A DNA stretch of 64,000 nt, from NCBI GenBank assembly GCA_963732775.1, contig CAVTAR010000001.1, positions 627,519-691,518 on the forward strand. Reading direction: 5' to 3'. The first letter of the stretch is position 1. Each line of letters begins with the position of its first letter. The notes under the pieces are model-generated. The model did not search any database, was not told where the DNA came from, and saw nothing but the letters and a program-made list of their open reading frames with translations. The position numbers were made by a program, and so were the translations under genes. Source of the stretch: an uncultured Pseudomonadota bacterium (GTDB lineage Bacteria; Pseudomonadota; Alphaproteobacteria; Acetobacterales; Acetobacteraceae). Positions 39,130-47,554 of this stretch are shown here, in pieces.

Positions 39130-39459
39130 GCATATGAACGGTGTCGCCGCTTCATCGGGTCGCCGAATTATCCGCTCGATAATATGATCTTTTTGCGAAG
39201 TCAATGGATTGACAGGCCCGCATCCCGCTCCCACGCGGCTCAACGCCCCGCGAACCCGTCGCACGGGAACGCAAAAACTTGCGGGGAATGGGCGTGTGCA
39301 AAGTCCTCCGGAGGCATCCAGCGCGCCGCCGGACCAATCCGGATGGCGAACACAGTATCGTCGGCATCAATAAACCTTGGCGAGCGAAGAAACGCCCCGG
39401 CCTGTCGGGCGCTCGTCGGACGCGCTACTTGTTAACACGCCGGCTCGCGGCCGGGACCG

Positions 39460-40629
39460 TCACGCCGGTGCGAGCGGCAGCGCAAGACCGGCGCGCGAGA
39501 GCGGCTCGGCGCGATGCTGGCCGATGACGCAGCTGCGCCCCAGCGTCATCGCGAGGCCGCGCGGCTCGTCGAACACAATAATGTGGACGAAGAACACCAT
39601 GCCGGGCGCCGCCGGCAGCGCGTTGCCGTGGAACAGCATCGGCCAGTCCATCCAGTTTGGCGCGAACGTGGCGCCCAGCGAGTAGCCGCAGGCGTTCAGC
39701 CTGGCGTGCCGCAGCCCGGCCGCGTCTAGCACCCGCGCGTGGGCGTCGAATGCCTCCCCGACCGGCTGTCCAGGCCGCAGCGCGTCCTCGGCCGCCAGCA
39801 GCGCCTCGGCGCAGGCGGCGTGCATGTCGCGCAGGCGCGGCTCGACGCGGCCGACCAGCACGGTGCGCATCAGGCAGGCGTGGTAGTGCCGCCACACCCC
39901 GGCGAACTCCAGCGTGAGCTGGTCGTCGGCGTCGAGGTGCCGCCGGCCGCTGTAGTAGCGGCACAGCAGCGCGCCGGGGCCGGAGCCGATGATGGTCTCG
40001 TTGGCCGGGTCGTCGCCGCCGGCGCGGAACATCGCGGCCTGCATGTCGGCCAGGATGTCGCCCTCGAACGCGCCGGGCCGGGTCGCGGCCAGCGCGGCCG
40101 CCAGCGCGTCGTCGGCCAGCCCGGCGGCGCGGCGGACATGCGCCAGTTCCGCCTCGCTCTTGACCAGCCGCAGCCGGCTCAGCAGCTCCGAGGCGTCGGC
40201 GAGGTCGCACACCCCCTCCATCGTGGCGGCGAGGCGCTGGCCCTCGCGCGCCGTCAGGCCGTACGCGTGCCACTCCACGCCGAGCCGCCGCCCGGACAGG
40301 CCGCGCTCGCGCAGGATCGCGGCCAGCGCGTCCGCGGGGCTCGCATCGGCGCCGTCGACCCAGACGCGGATGTCCTCGATGACCGAGGTGAACCGCGCCT
40401 GCAGCCGGTCGGGCGCCCGGGTCAGCAGCGTCATGCCGCCATCGGCGTCGAGCACGAGGCACTGGAAGTAGACGTAGCCGAAGGTGTCGAACCCGGTCAG
40501 CCAGTAGAGGCTCTCCTGGCGGAACAGCAGCAGCGCGTCGAACCCCTCGGCGCGCATCGCCGCGGCCGCGGCGCGCTGCCGGGCCGCGAACTCGTCGCGA
40601 GAGAAATGCAGGTGCGCCCCGGACTGCAC
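39460..40629 (-). CDS. M24 family metallopeptidase (Xaa-Pro peptidase/creatinase-like)
   Basis: 389 aa. Creatinase-type N-terminal domain (FDALLLFRQESLYWLTGF) and pita-bread C-terminal domain (KSEAELAHVRRA ...). Confidence 0.8.
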   Translation of the reverse strand: MQSGAHLHFSRDEFAARQRAAAAAMRAEGFDALLLFRQESLYWLTGFDTFGYVYFQCLVLDADGGMTLLTRAPDRLQARFTSVIEDIRVWVDGADASPADALAAILRERGLSGRRLGVEWHAYGLTAREGQRLAATMEGVCDLADASELLSRLRLVKSEAELAHVRRAAGLADDALAAALAATRPGAFEGDILADMQAAMFRAGGDDPANETIIGSGPGALLCRYYSGRRHLDADDQLTLEFAGVWRHYHACLMRTVLVGRVEPRLRDMHAACAEALLAAEDALRPGQPVGEAFDAHARVLDAAGLRHARLNACGYSLGATFAPNWMDWPMLFHGNALPAAPGMVFFVHIIVFDEPRGLAMTLGRSCVIGQHRAEPLSRAGLALPLAPA

Positions 40630-40632
40630 GGC

Positions 40633-41106
40633 TCAGAGCCAGCGGCGGACGCGGGCCATGTAGTCCACGTACGGCGCGCCGAACTTGCCTGCCAGGTAGC
40701 GCTCCTCGCGCGCGATCACGCCGGTGCGGACCGCCAGCAGCACCGGCAGCAGCAGTACCAGGCACGCGACGCTGTCGAGCAGCAGCGTCGCGGCGAGGTA
40801 GACCATGGCCATCGCCACGTAGATCGGGTTGCGCGACAGCGCGTAGACGCCGGTCGAGACGATGGCGGTGGTCGGCTTGTACGGCTGCACGTTGGTGCCG
40901 GCGCGGCGGAACCGCGTGACCGCGCCCAGCGCGAACGCCACCCCCGCGGCCGCCAGCCCGGCGGCGAGCAGCGTGCGCGCGAGCGCTGGCAACCCGGTGG
41001 CCGGCGGGTGCAGCAGCGCGTCCGCCGCGATGCCGAGCGCCAGTCCGGCGGCGAAGATCAGCGGCGGCGGGGCGACCACGCCCGGGGTGTCATGCGGTTC
41101 GGCCAT
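40633..41106 (-). CDS. Isoprenylcysteine carboxyl / phospholipid methyltransferase family membrane protein
   Basis: 157 aa, 4 TM. Motif TGVYALSRNPIYVAM ... EERYLAGKFGAPYVDYMARVRRW. Confidence 0.8.
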   Translation of the reverse strand: MAEPHDTPGVVAPPPLIFAAGLALGIAADALLHPPATGLPALARTLLAAGLAAAGVAFALGAVTRFRRAGTNVQPYKPTTAIVSTGVYALSRNPIYVAMAMVYLAATLLLDSVACLVLLLPVLLAVRTGVIAREERYLAGKFGAPYVDYMARVRRWL

Positions 41107-41486
41107 CGCCCCAGCGTCGGCGCTCGGGCGCAGGCTGGCAACCCGGCCATCGGTCCCTGGCGCGGCCTCGCCGGCCGGCCCAATGCAGGCGGCTCAGTGC
41201 AGGCAGGGCCGCTGCGCCGGCTTGCAGGTGGCGAGGAAGGGGTGGCCCTGCAGAGTGGAGGGTGGACCCGAGTCGTAGATGCCGACGAAGTCGCCGTTGC
41301 CGTTCACTCTCGTACGACCCCGACACGAAGTTGAAGGCGAGGGGAGTGGTCCTGCGACAAGGCTGCCATCGCCCGGCGCAACCCCGGCGCATCTCGGGTC
41401 GGCGCCCGCTTGTCGCCGCCCCCGGCCTCGGCCTACCGTGCCTCGGCGAGCGGGTCGCGCCGCCGTGACCGAGGAGGGAGGCGGCC

Positions 41487-42137
41487 ATGCGGATCGGCGT
41501 CATCGGCGCCGGCAGGATCGGCGCCACGGTCGGCACCCTGTGGGCGCGCGCCGGCCACGAACTGTGTTTCGGCTCGCGCACGCCGGAGCGGCTGGCCGGC
41601 CTCGCCGCTGATCTCGGCGCCCGCGCGCGCACCGGATCGCTCGCCGACGCGGCGCGGTTCGGCCCCGTGGTGTTCGCCGCCGCCCCCTATGGCGCCTGGC
41701 CGGAGATGGCGCGCGAGCTCGCGCCGCTGCTGGCCGGCAAGGTGGTGATCGACGCCGCCAACCCCTATCCCGAGCGCGACGGCGCCTTCGCCCGCGACGC
41801 GCGCGAGGGTGGCCGGGGTTCCGGCCTGCCGGTGGCCGCCCTGCTGCCCGGCGCGCGGCTGGTGCGCGCCTTCAACAGCGTCTTCTGGGAGACGCTGCGC
41901 GACCAGGCTCGCCGGCCCGAGCAGCACGCCGGCGAGCGCCTCGGCATCCCGCTGGCCGGCGACGACCAGCAGGCGCTCGACCTCGCGTGCGCGCTGGTGC
42001 GCGATGCCGGGTTCGACCCGGTGGTGGTGGGCCCGCTGGTGCAGGCCGCGGCGTTCGACGTCGGCGAGCCGGTGTACAACAACCCGCAGACCGCGGCGGC
42101 GCTGGAGCGCATGCTGGCGATCGACCCGCCGGGATAG
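41487..42137 (+). CDS. NADP oxidoreductase, coenzyme F420-dependent-type NAD(P)-binding protein
   Basis: MRIGVIGAGRIGATVG Rossmann start, RBS GGAGGGAGG upstream, 216 aa. Confidence 0.75.
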   Translation: MRIGVIGAGRIGATVGTLWARAGHELCFGSRTPERLAGLAADLGARARTGSLADAARFGPVVFAAAPYGAWPEMARELAPLLAGKVVIDAANPYPERDGAFARDAREGGRGSGLPVAALLPGARLVRAFNSVFWETLRDQARRPEQHAGERLGIPLAGDDQQALDLACALVRDAGFDPVVVGPLVQAAAFDVGEPVYNNPQTAAALERMLAIDPPG

Positions 42138-42167
42138 TAAGCGCGGGGTAGCGGCGGCCCGCCCCCG

Positions 42168-43472
42168 TCACCCCTCGCGCAGCGCGCGCGCGACGACGTT
42201 GAACGCCCGGTCCAGCTCCGCCTCGGCCACGGTCAGCGGCGGGCACAGCGTCAGCACCGTGCCGCCGCCCACCTTGAAGCTGAGCCCGGCGGCGAGGCAG
42301 CGGTACATCGCCGCATCCGCCCGGCCCGCATCGTCCAGCTCGACGCCGAGATACAGCCCCAGGCCGCGCACCGCGACCACGCCGGGCAGGCCGGCGCAAT
42401 GCTCGCGCAACGACGCGAGCGCTGTGGCGCCGAGCCGCGCCGAGCGCGCGACCAGCGCCTCGTCGCGGATCACGTCAAGCGTGGCGAGCCCGGCGGCGCA
42501 GCCGACGCTGCTCTTTTCGTGCGTGTAGTGGCCGAGCGCCCGGTCGGCGGCGACGTTCAGCGCGCCGCGCGCCACCAGGGCCGCCATCGGCACGATGCCG
42601 CCGCCGAGCCCCTTGCCCAGCACCAGCATGTCGGGCGCGCAGCCGGCCTGCTCGCAGGCGAACATCGTGCCGGTGCGCCCGAGGCCGCTCGGGATCTCGT
42701 CGAACACCAGCAGCGCCCCGTGCCGGTCGCAACTGTCGCGCACCCGCGGCCAGAAGCCCGGCGGCGGCGGCTCGACGGTGGTCCAGCGCATCGGCTCGGC
42801 GATGACGCAGGCGACGTCGCCCTGCACCGCCAGCACGTAGTCGAGATAGTCGGCGAGCCGCTCGTGCGGCCGGTCCGCCCCGAAGAACCGCGCGGCCAGG
42901 CCCGGCGGCGGGACGTGCTCGGCGCCCGGCAGCAGCGGCCCCGCGTCGCTGCGGAAGATCGCCTCGCCGCCGACCGAGATCGCGTCGAGCGAGGCGCCGT
43001 GGAAGCTCTCCCACATCGACACCGTCTTGTGCCGCCCGGTCGCCGCGCGGGCGAGCTTCAGCGCCATGCCGACCGCGACCGTCCCGGACGGCGCGAACAG
43101 CACGCGGGCCGGCGCGAACGGGGCCAGGTCGCACAGCCGCCGCGCCAGGTCGATCGCCGCACGGTTGGTGTAGCGGCGCGGGCAGAACGGCAGTGCCGCC
43201 ATCTGGGCGGCGATCGCGGCCACCACGCGCGGGTGGCCGTGGCCGACCTGGTGGACGCTGTTGCCGTGGAAGTCGAGGATGCGCCGGCCGGCCGTGGTGA
43301 CGAGATGGCTGCCCTCGGCGCGCTCGACCCCATCCAGGCACGGCGTCGACAGCGCCTGGTGCAGGAACACCGCCGCGTCCTCGGCCAGCAGGGCGCGCGT
43401 GCCGTCCGCGTGCGACCCGTCCCAGGCGGCGCGCGCGGGCGTCAGGTTCAGGTCGCCTTCGCTGCGGTCCAT
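42168..43472 (-). CDS. Class III (fold type I) aminotransferase-family PLP enzyme
   Basis: 434 aa. Blocks LDFHGNSVHQVGHGHP, SGTVAVGMALKLAR, LLVFDEIPSGLGRTG and DMLVLGKGLGGG (PLP lysine context). Confidence 0.85.
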   Translation of the reverse strand: MDRSEGDLNLTPARAAWDGSHADGTRALLAEDAAVFLHQALSTPCLDGVERAEGSHLVTTAGRRILDFHGNSVHQVGHGHPRVVAAIAAQMAALPFCPRRYTNRAAIDLARRLCDLAPFAPARVLFAPSGTVAVGMALKLARAATGRHKTVSMWESFHGASLDAISVGGEAIFRSDAGPLLPGAEHVPPPGLAARFFGADRPHERLADYLDYVLAVQGDVACVIAEPMRWTTVEPPPPGFWPRVRDSCDRHGALLVFDEIPSGLGRTGTMFACEQAGCAPDMLVLGKGLGGGIVPMAALVARGALNVAADRALGHYTHEKSSVGCAAGLATLDVIRDEALVARSARLGATALASLREHCAGLPGVVAVRGLGLYLGVELDDAGRADAAMYRCLAAGLSFKVGGGTVLTLCPPLTVAEAELDRAFNVVARALREG

Positions 43473-43545
43473 GCGGGGCCTTCCGGTGGAAGCTGGCTGG
43501 CGCGCGAGGTTGCCGCGAACCGGGCGGCCAGCCTACACCGCGCGC

Positions 43546-44685
43546 ATGGTCACGCAGCGGTACGACTGCCTGGTGGTGGGCCGCGGCATCGTCGGTCTCG
43601 CCCACGCGCTCGCCGCCGCGCGGTCCGGGCTGCGCGTCGGCGTGCTCGACCGCGAGGCGCGCAGCGTCGGCGCCTCGATCCGCAATTTCGGCTTCATCAC
43701 CGTCACCGGACAGGCCGCCGGCATCACCTGGCGCCGCGCGCGGCGCGCCCGCGACGTCTGGGCCGAGGTCGCGCCGGCCGCCGGCATCGAGATCCAGCAG
43801 CGCGGCCTGCTGACCTGCGCGCGCCGCCCCGAGGCGATGGCCGTGCTGCGCGAGTTCGCCGCCGGCCCGATGGGCGCGGGCTGCCGCGTGCTGCCGCGCG
43901 GCAAGCTGCCGGACGGGCTCGCGTCGTCGCTGGAAGGCGCGCTGCACAGCCCGCACGAGCTGCGCGTCGAGAGCCGCGACGCCATCCCGCGCCTCGCCGC
44001 CCACCTCGCGGCGGCGCACGGCGTCGCCTTCCTGCCGCGCGCCGCCGTGCTCGGCGTCGAGACCGGGCGCGTCCACACGGCCGGCGGGGAGATCGCCGCC
44101 GAGCACGTCGTCGCCTGCCCCGGCACCGACCTCGTCTCGCTGTTCCCCGACGAGATTTCCGCGCGCGAAGTTACCTTATGCAAGCTGCACATGCTGCGGC
44201 TCGCGGCACCGGGGATCCGCCTGCCGGCGCCGCTGATGAGCGACCTCGGGCTGGTGCGCTACGGCGGCTACGCCACCCGCTCGCTGCCGGCGCTGCGCCG
44301 GCGGCTGGAGGCGGAGCAGCCGGAGTGCCTCGCCAACGGCGTCCACCTGATCGCGGTGCAGGGCCAGGACGGCAGCCTGGTGGTCGGCGACAGCCACCAC
44401 TACGAGGCGAGCCCCGACCCGTTCCAGCCCGAGGCGGTCGACCGGCTGATCCTCGACGAGCTCGCCGCCGTCGCCGCGATCCCGGCGCCGCTGGTGGTCG
44501 AGCGCTGGGTCGGGGTCTATCCCTCCGGCCCGGAGCCCGCGTTCATCGCGCAGCCGCGCCCCGGCGTGTGGCTGGTGATGGTCACGAGCGGCACCGGCGC
44601 CAGCACCGCCTTCGCGCTCGCCGAGGAGACCGTGGCCGACCTGCTCGGCCACCAGCCGCCGCCGCACACCGAGGGGGTTCCATGA
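43546..44685 (+). CDS. FAD-dependent oxidoreductase, TIGR03364-like (phosphonate-associated amine oxidase type)
   Basis: ATG at 43546. YDCLVVGRGIVGLAHALAAARSG ... GASIRNFGFITV. 379 aa. Translationally coupled to phnX (ATGA at 44682). Family assignment is from memory of the N-terminal pattern. Confidence 0.7.
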   Translation: MVTQRYDCLVVGRGIVGLAHALAAARSGLRVGVLDREARSVGASIRNFGFITVTGQAAGITWRRARRARDVWAEVAPAAGIEIQQRGLLTCARRPEAMAVLREFAAGPMGAGCRVLPRGKLPDGLASSLEGALHSPHELRVESRDAIPRLAAHLAAAHGVAFLPRAAVLGVETGRVHTAGGEIAAEHVVACPGTDLVSLFPDEISAREVTLCKLHMLRLAAPGIRLPAPLMSDLGLVRYGGYATRSLPALRRRLEAEQPECLANGVHLIAVQGQDGSLVVGDSHHYEASPDPFQPEAVDRLILDELAAVAAIPAPLVVERWVGVYPSGPEPAFIAQPRPGVWLVMVTSGTGASTAFALAEETVADLLGHQPPPHTEGVP

Positions 44686-45497
44686 CCGAACGCATCCAGG
44701 CCGTGATTCTCGACTGGGCCGGCACCGTGGTGGATTTCGGCAGCCGCGCGCCGATGGACGCCTTCGTCAAGGCGTTCGCCCATTTTGGTGTCGAGATCGC
44801 CATCGCCGACGCGCGCGGGCCGATGGGCACGCCGAAGCGCGAGCACATCCGCGCCGTCGGGCATTCGCCGTACGTCGCGGCGATGTGGCAGGCCGAGCAC
44901 GGGAGGCCGTTCGACGACGACGACGTGGACAAGCTGTTCGCCGTGTTCGAGCCGCTGAACGTCGCCACTGTCGTGGAGCATGCGGCGCCGATCCCGGGCG
45001 CGGTCGCGGCGATCGCGCGGCTGCGCGCCCGCGGCGTGCGCATCGGCAGCACCACCGGCTACACGCGCCCGATTATGGACCGGCTGCTGCCCGCCGCCGC
45101 CGCCGCCGGCTATGCGCCGGAGCTGGTGGTGTGCGCGGGCGAGCTGCCGGCGGGGCGGCCGAGCCCGCTGATGATGTGGCACGCGATGGCGCACATGGGC
45201 GTCTGGCCGGCGCGCACGGTGGTCAAGGTGGACGACACGCCGGTCGGCGTCGCCGAGGGCCGGGCGGCCGGGACCTGGGCGGTGGGGGTGGCGTTCACCG
45301 GCAACATCGCCGGCCTGTCGGAGGCGGAGCTGGCGGCGCTGTCCGACGCCGAGCGGCAGGCGCTGCGCGCCCGTGCGGTGGAGCAGATGCGCGCGGCCGG
45401 GGCCGACGTGGTAATCGATTCCGTGGCCGATCTCGAAGGCGCCGTGGCGGTGTTCGACGCCAAGCTCGCCGCCGGCGAGCGCCCCGCGCTCGCGTAG
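44682..45497 (+). CDS. phnX: Phosphonoacetaldehyde hydrolase (phosphonatase)
   Basis: MTERIQAVILDWAGTVVDFGSRAP (DxAGT nucleophile motif), PMGTPKREHI lysine region, GSTTGYTR, VKVDDTPVGVAEG. 271 aa. Confidence 0.88.
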   Translation: MTERIQAVILDWAGTVVDFGSRAPMDAFVKAFAHFGVEIAIADARGPMGTPKREHIRAVGHSPYVAAMWQAEHGRPFDDDDVDKLFAVFEPLNVATVVEHAAPIPGAVAAIARLRARGVRIGSTTGYTRPIMDRLLPAAAAAGYAPELVVCAGELPAGRPSPLMMWHAMAHMGVWPARTVVKVDDTPVGVAEGRAAGTWAVGVAFTGNIAGLSEAELAALSDAERQALRARAVEQMRAAGADVVIDSVADLEGAVAVFDAKLAAGERPALA

Positions 45498-45569
45498 CCG
45501 GCCCACCCGGCCCCTCCGGGCCACCCTCCCCACCAGGGGGAGGGAGATGTTTTCCCTCCCCTTCATGAT
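45498..45569. repeat. REP-like nested palindrome, left part (interrupted by IS)
   Basis: GCCCACCCGGCCCCTCCGGGCCACCCTCCCC-acca-GGGGGAGGG-agatgtttt-CCCTCCCCTTcatgat, then the IS end. Confidence 0.8.
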
Positions 45570-46708
45570 GGCTCTGCGAAAGCGGTTTGTCGTGAGACGT
45601 CGGCGTTGGTTTCGGAGTGTGGGATGGCGGCTTTCGGTGTGTTGGGGCCGCGGGCGGGCCTGCGGAGCGGGCTCGGGCTCATGCGGCGGTCAGCTTGGCC
45701 GCACGTTTGAGATTGAGGACGCTGACGATCGCGAGGATGTCGGCGGTGTTGCGGGCCAGCGTGTGGCATCGCATCCGCGACCGCCCATAGATCCGTTTGA
45801 GTTGGCTGAAGATGTTCTCGACCGGGGCCCGGGCGCGCGCCACGAGGTCGTTCCAGCGCTGGCGGTGGCGGGGCAGCGCGCGCTGGGATTTGTGCCGCCG
45901 GTGCATGATCCGGTCCTTGATCCCGGCCGCGCGCAGGCGCTGCCGCCTGGCGGCCTGGGGATAGGCCTTGTCGGCGTAGACCGCCCGCTCGTCGCCGCAG
46001 ATGAGGTCGTCGGCGGCTTCGCTCTCATAGGTCTTGGCACCGGTGACGACGACGCGCCGGACCAGTCCCGAGCCCTGGTCGACGCCGACATGCACCTTGT
46101 AGCCGAACACCGACCGCCCCGCCTTGCGGGTCCACGACGCTCCTGGCTCGGCGGCGTTGCACGCACCCAGCCCGGCCGAGGCCGGCGGCGGGCGCAACGC
46201 CGACGCGACCAGGGTGGCGTCGAGCAGGCTGCCTTTCTTGACCATCAGCCCGCGCTGCTCGAGCTGGCGCGTGATCTCCTCGAAACAGGCCCTCAGCACG
46301 CCGGCCTCGGCGGCATCGTGGCGAAACCGCAGGATGGTCGTCTCGTCGGGAGTGCGGTCGGCGAGGCCAAAGCCGCAGAAGCGCCGAAACGACAGCCGGT
46401 CCAGCAGCGCTTCCTCCAAGCCCGGGTCGGACAGGTCATACATCGCTTGCAGGTACAGCGCCTTGAGCAGGGCCAGCGGCGCATAGGGCGGCCGGCCGTG
46501 CTCGCCCCGACGCAACGGCTTGCACAGCACCTCCAGCGGCGCCCAGTCGATCACCGTTTCCAACTTGGCCAAGCGCGGATTGCTGCCCAGCCGCGGATCC
46601 ACCAACGACTCCGCCAAGCCAAGCTGCCGTTGCGTCATGACCATCCCCTCCGATGACCAAACGAGCGAACCATGACCAACCGCGCCGGAACCAGAGTTTC
46701 GCAGAGCC
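45570..46708 (-). mobile_element. IS5-family insertion sequence (about 1.14 kb)
   Basis: Terminal inverted repeats GGCTCTGCGAAA (45570-45581) and TTTCGCAGAGCC (46697-46708) flank a single DDE transposase ORF. Possible 2-bp AT duplication; boundaries good to plus or minus 3 bp. Confidence 0.85.
45679..46638 (-). CDS. IS5-family DDE transposase
   Basis: MTQRQLGLAESLVD ... GRPPYAPLALLKALYLQAMYDLSDPGLEEAL ... DATLV ... VYADKAY ... ENIFSQLKR. Alternative start at 46644. Confidence 0.9.
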   Translation of the reverse strand: MTQRQLGLAESLVDPRLGSNPRLAKLETVIDWAPLEVLCKPLRRGEHGRPPYAPLALLKALYLQAMYDLSDPGLEEALLDRLSFRRFCGFGLADRTPDETTILRFRHDAAEAGVLRACFEEITRQLEQRGLMVKKGSLLDATLVASALRPPPASAGLGACNAAEPGASWTRKAGRSVFGYKVHVGVDQGSGLVRRVVVTGAKTYESEAADDLICGDERAVYADKAYPQAARRQRLRAAGIKDRIMHRRHKSQRALPRHRQRWNDLVARARAPVENIFSQLKRIYGRSRMRCHTLARNTADILAIVSVLNLKRAAKLTAA

Positions 46709-46748
46709 ATCCAAAGGGGGAGGGTGGCCCGAAGGGCCGGGTGGGGTC
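46709..46748. repeat. REP-like nested palindrome, right part
   Basis: atccAAAGGGGGAGGGTGGCCCGAAGGGCCGGGTGGGGTC. It is complementary to the left outer arm at 45501-45531. Confidence 0.8.
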
Positions 46749-46824
46749 GCCGGCAACACACTCCAAGCCACCCCAAGCCACGCTCCCGCTTGACTTCCAC
46801 CCCCGTATCGTTCATGTTCCGTTC

Positions 46825-47496
46825 GTGCCATCCCTCCCATCCCAGCCCGCCCTGCTGGACCTCTCGCGCCAGTTCGGCCTGATCTGGACCATGCTGACCC
46901 GGGGCCTCGGCCTCTGGGAATCGCGGGAGCGATCGAGCCCGCTGCCGGCGCTGGCCTATCGCCGGGCCAGCCGCCTGGTCGCCCGCCTGCAAGCCCTCCT
47001 CGCCCTGCTCGCCGCCGGCCGCCTGCCCCCGGTCCGCCCACCCCGGCCGCCGCGACTGGCCGCGGTCGCCGAGGCACCGCCAGAGGCCCCACCCCAAGAC
47101 GCCCCGCCACCCCGGCCGCGCCCCCCACGCCTGCCGCGCCGGGTCGGCTGGCTGATGGCCCGAGGCATCGAGATCCGCTGGGCCGCAGGCCCCTTCCAGC
47201 ACTGGCTGCAGGACCCGCAGGTGCAAGCCTTGCTCGCCCAGGTGCCGCAGGCCCGCAGGCCGCTGGCCGCCCTGTGCCGGATGCTCGCCATCCCGCCCTG
47301 GCCGCACCCACCCGACGGCCCGCTCCCCCTACCGAAGCCCCGGGTGAGGAAGCCGAGGCCGAAGAAGCCCCGGCGGCCGACCCTGGCCGAGGACCGGGCG
47401 GCGTGCTGGCACCATCGCTGCATCGAGACCGACAGCGGCTTCGTCGATCCCAAGCGCCGTCCCTGGTGGATGCCGCCGCTGTCCAAGCGGCGATGA
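46825..47496 (+). CDS. Pro/Arg-rich hypothetical protein
   Basis: Open frame with structured blocks (LLDLSRQFGLIWTMLTRGL; FQHWLQDPQVQALLAQVPQARRPLAALCRMLAI) between proline-rich spacers and a basic tail. GTG 46825 or ATG 46900 as start. Confidence 0.45.
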   Translation: MPSLPSQPALLDLSRQFGLIWTMLTRGLGLWESRERSSPLPALAYRRASRLVARLQALLALLAAGRLPPVRPPRPPRLAAVAEAPPEAPPQDAPPPRPRPPRLPRRVGWLMARGIEIRWAAGPFQHWLQDPQVQALLAQVPQARRPLAALCRMLAIPPWPHPPDGPLPLPKPRVRKPRPKKPRRPTLAEDRAACWHHRCIETDSGFVDPKRRPWWMPPLSKRR

Positions 47497-47554
47497 GGCG
47501 AGCGGGCCGACGCACGCCTTAATAGTTCCGATACAGAAACAAAGACCGTGGCCG

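Noticed and set aside
37195-39435. 746-aa plus-strand ORF
   Set aside because: It is antisense to the glyoxal/galactose-oxidase-like gene, whose propeller and DUF1929-like blocks are recognisable. Its composition is shadow-type.
41194-41392. Possible small broken ORF in the 380-bp gap 41107-41486 (minus strand: MRRGCAGRWQPCRRTTPLAFNFVSGSYESE / GNGDFVGIYDSGPPSTLQGHPFLATCKPAQRPCLH)
   Set aside because: The two halves need a frameshift to join. It is very short with no RBS, signal or recognisable family, so I cannot support it as a gene. It is noted only as an unexplained gap.
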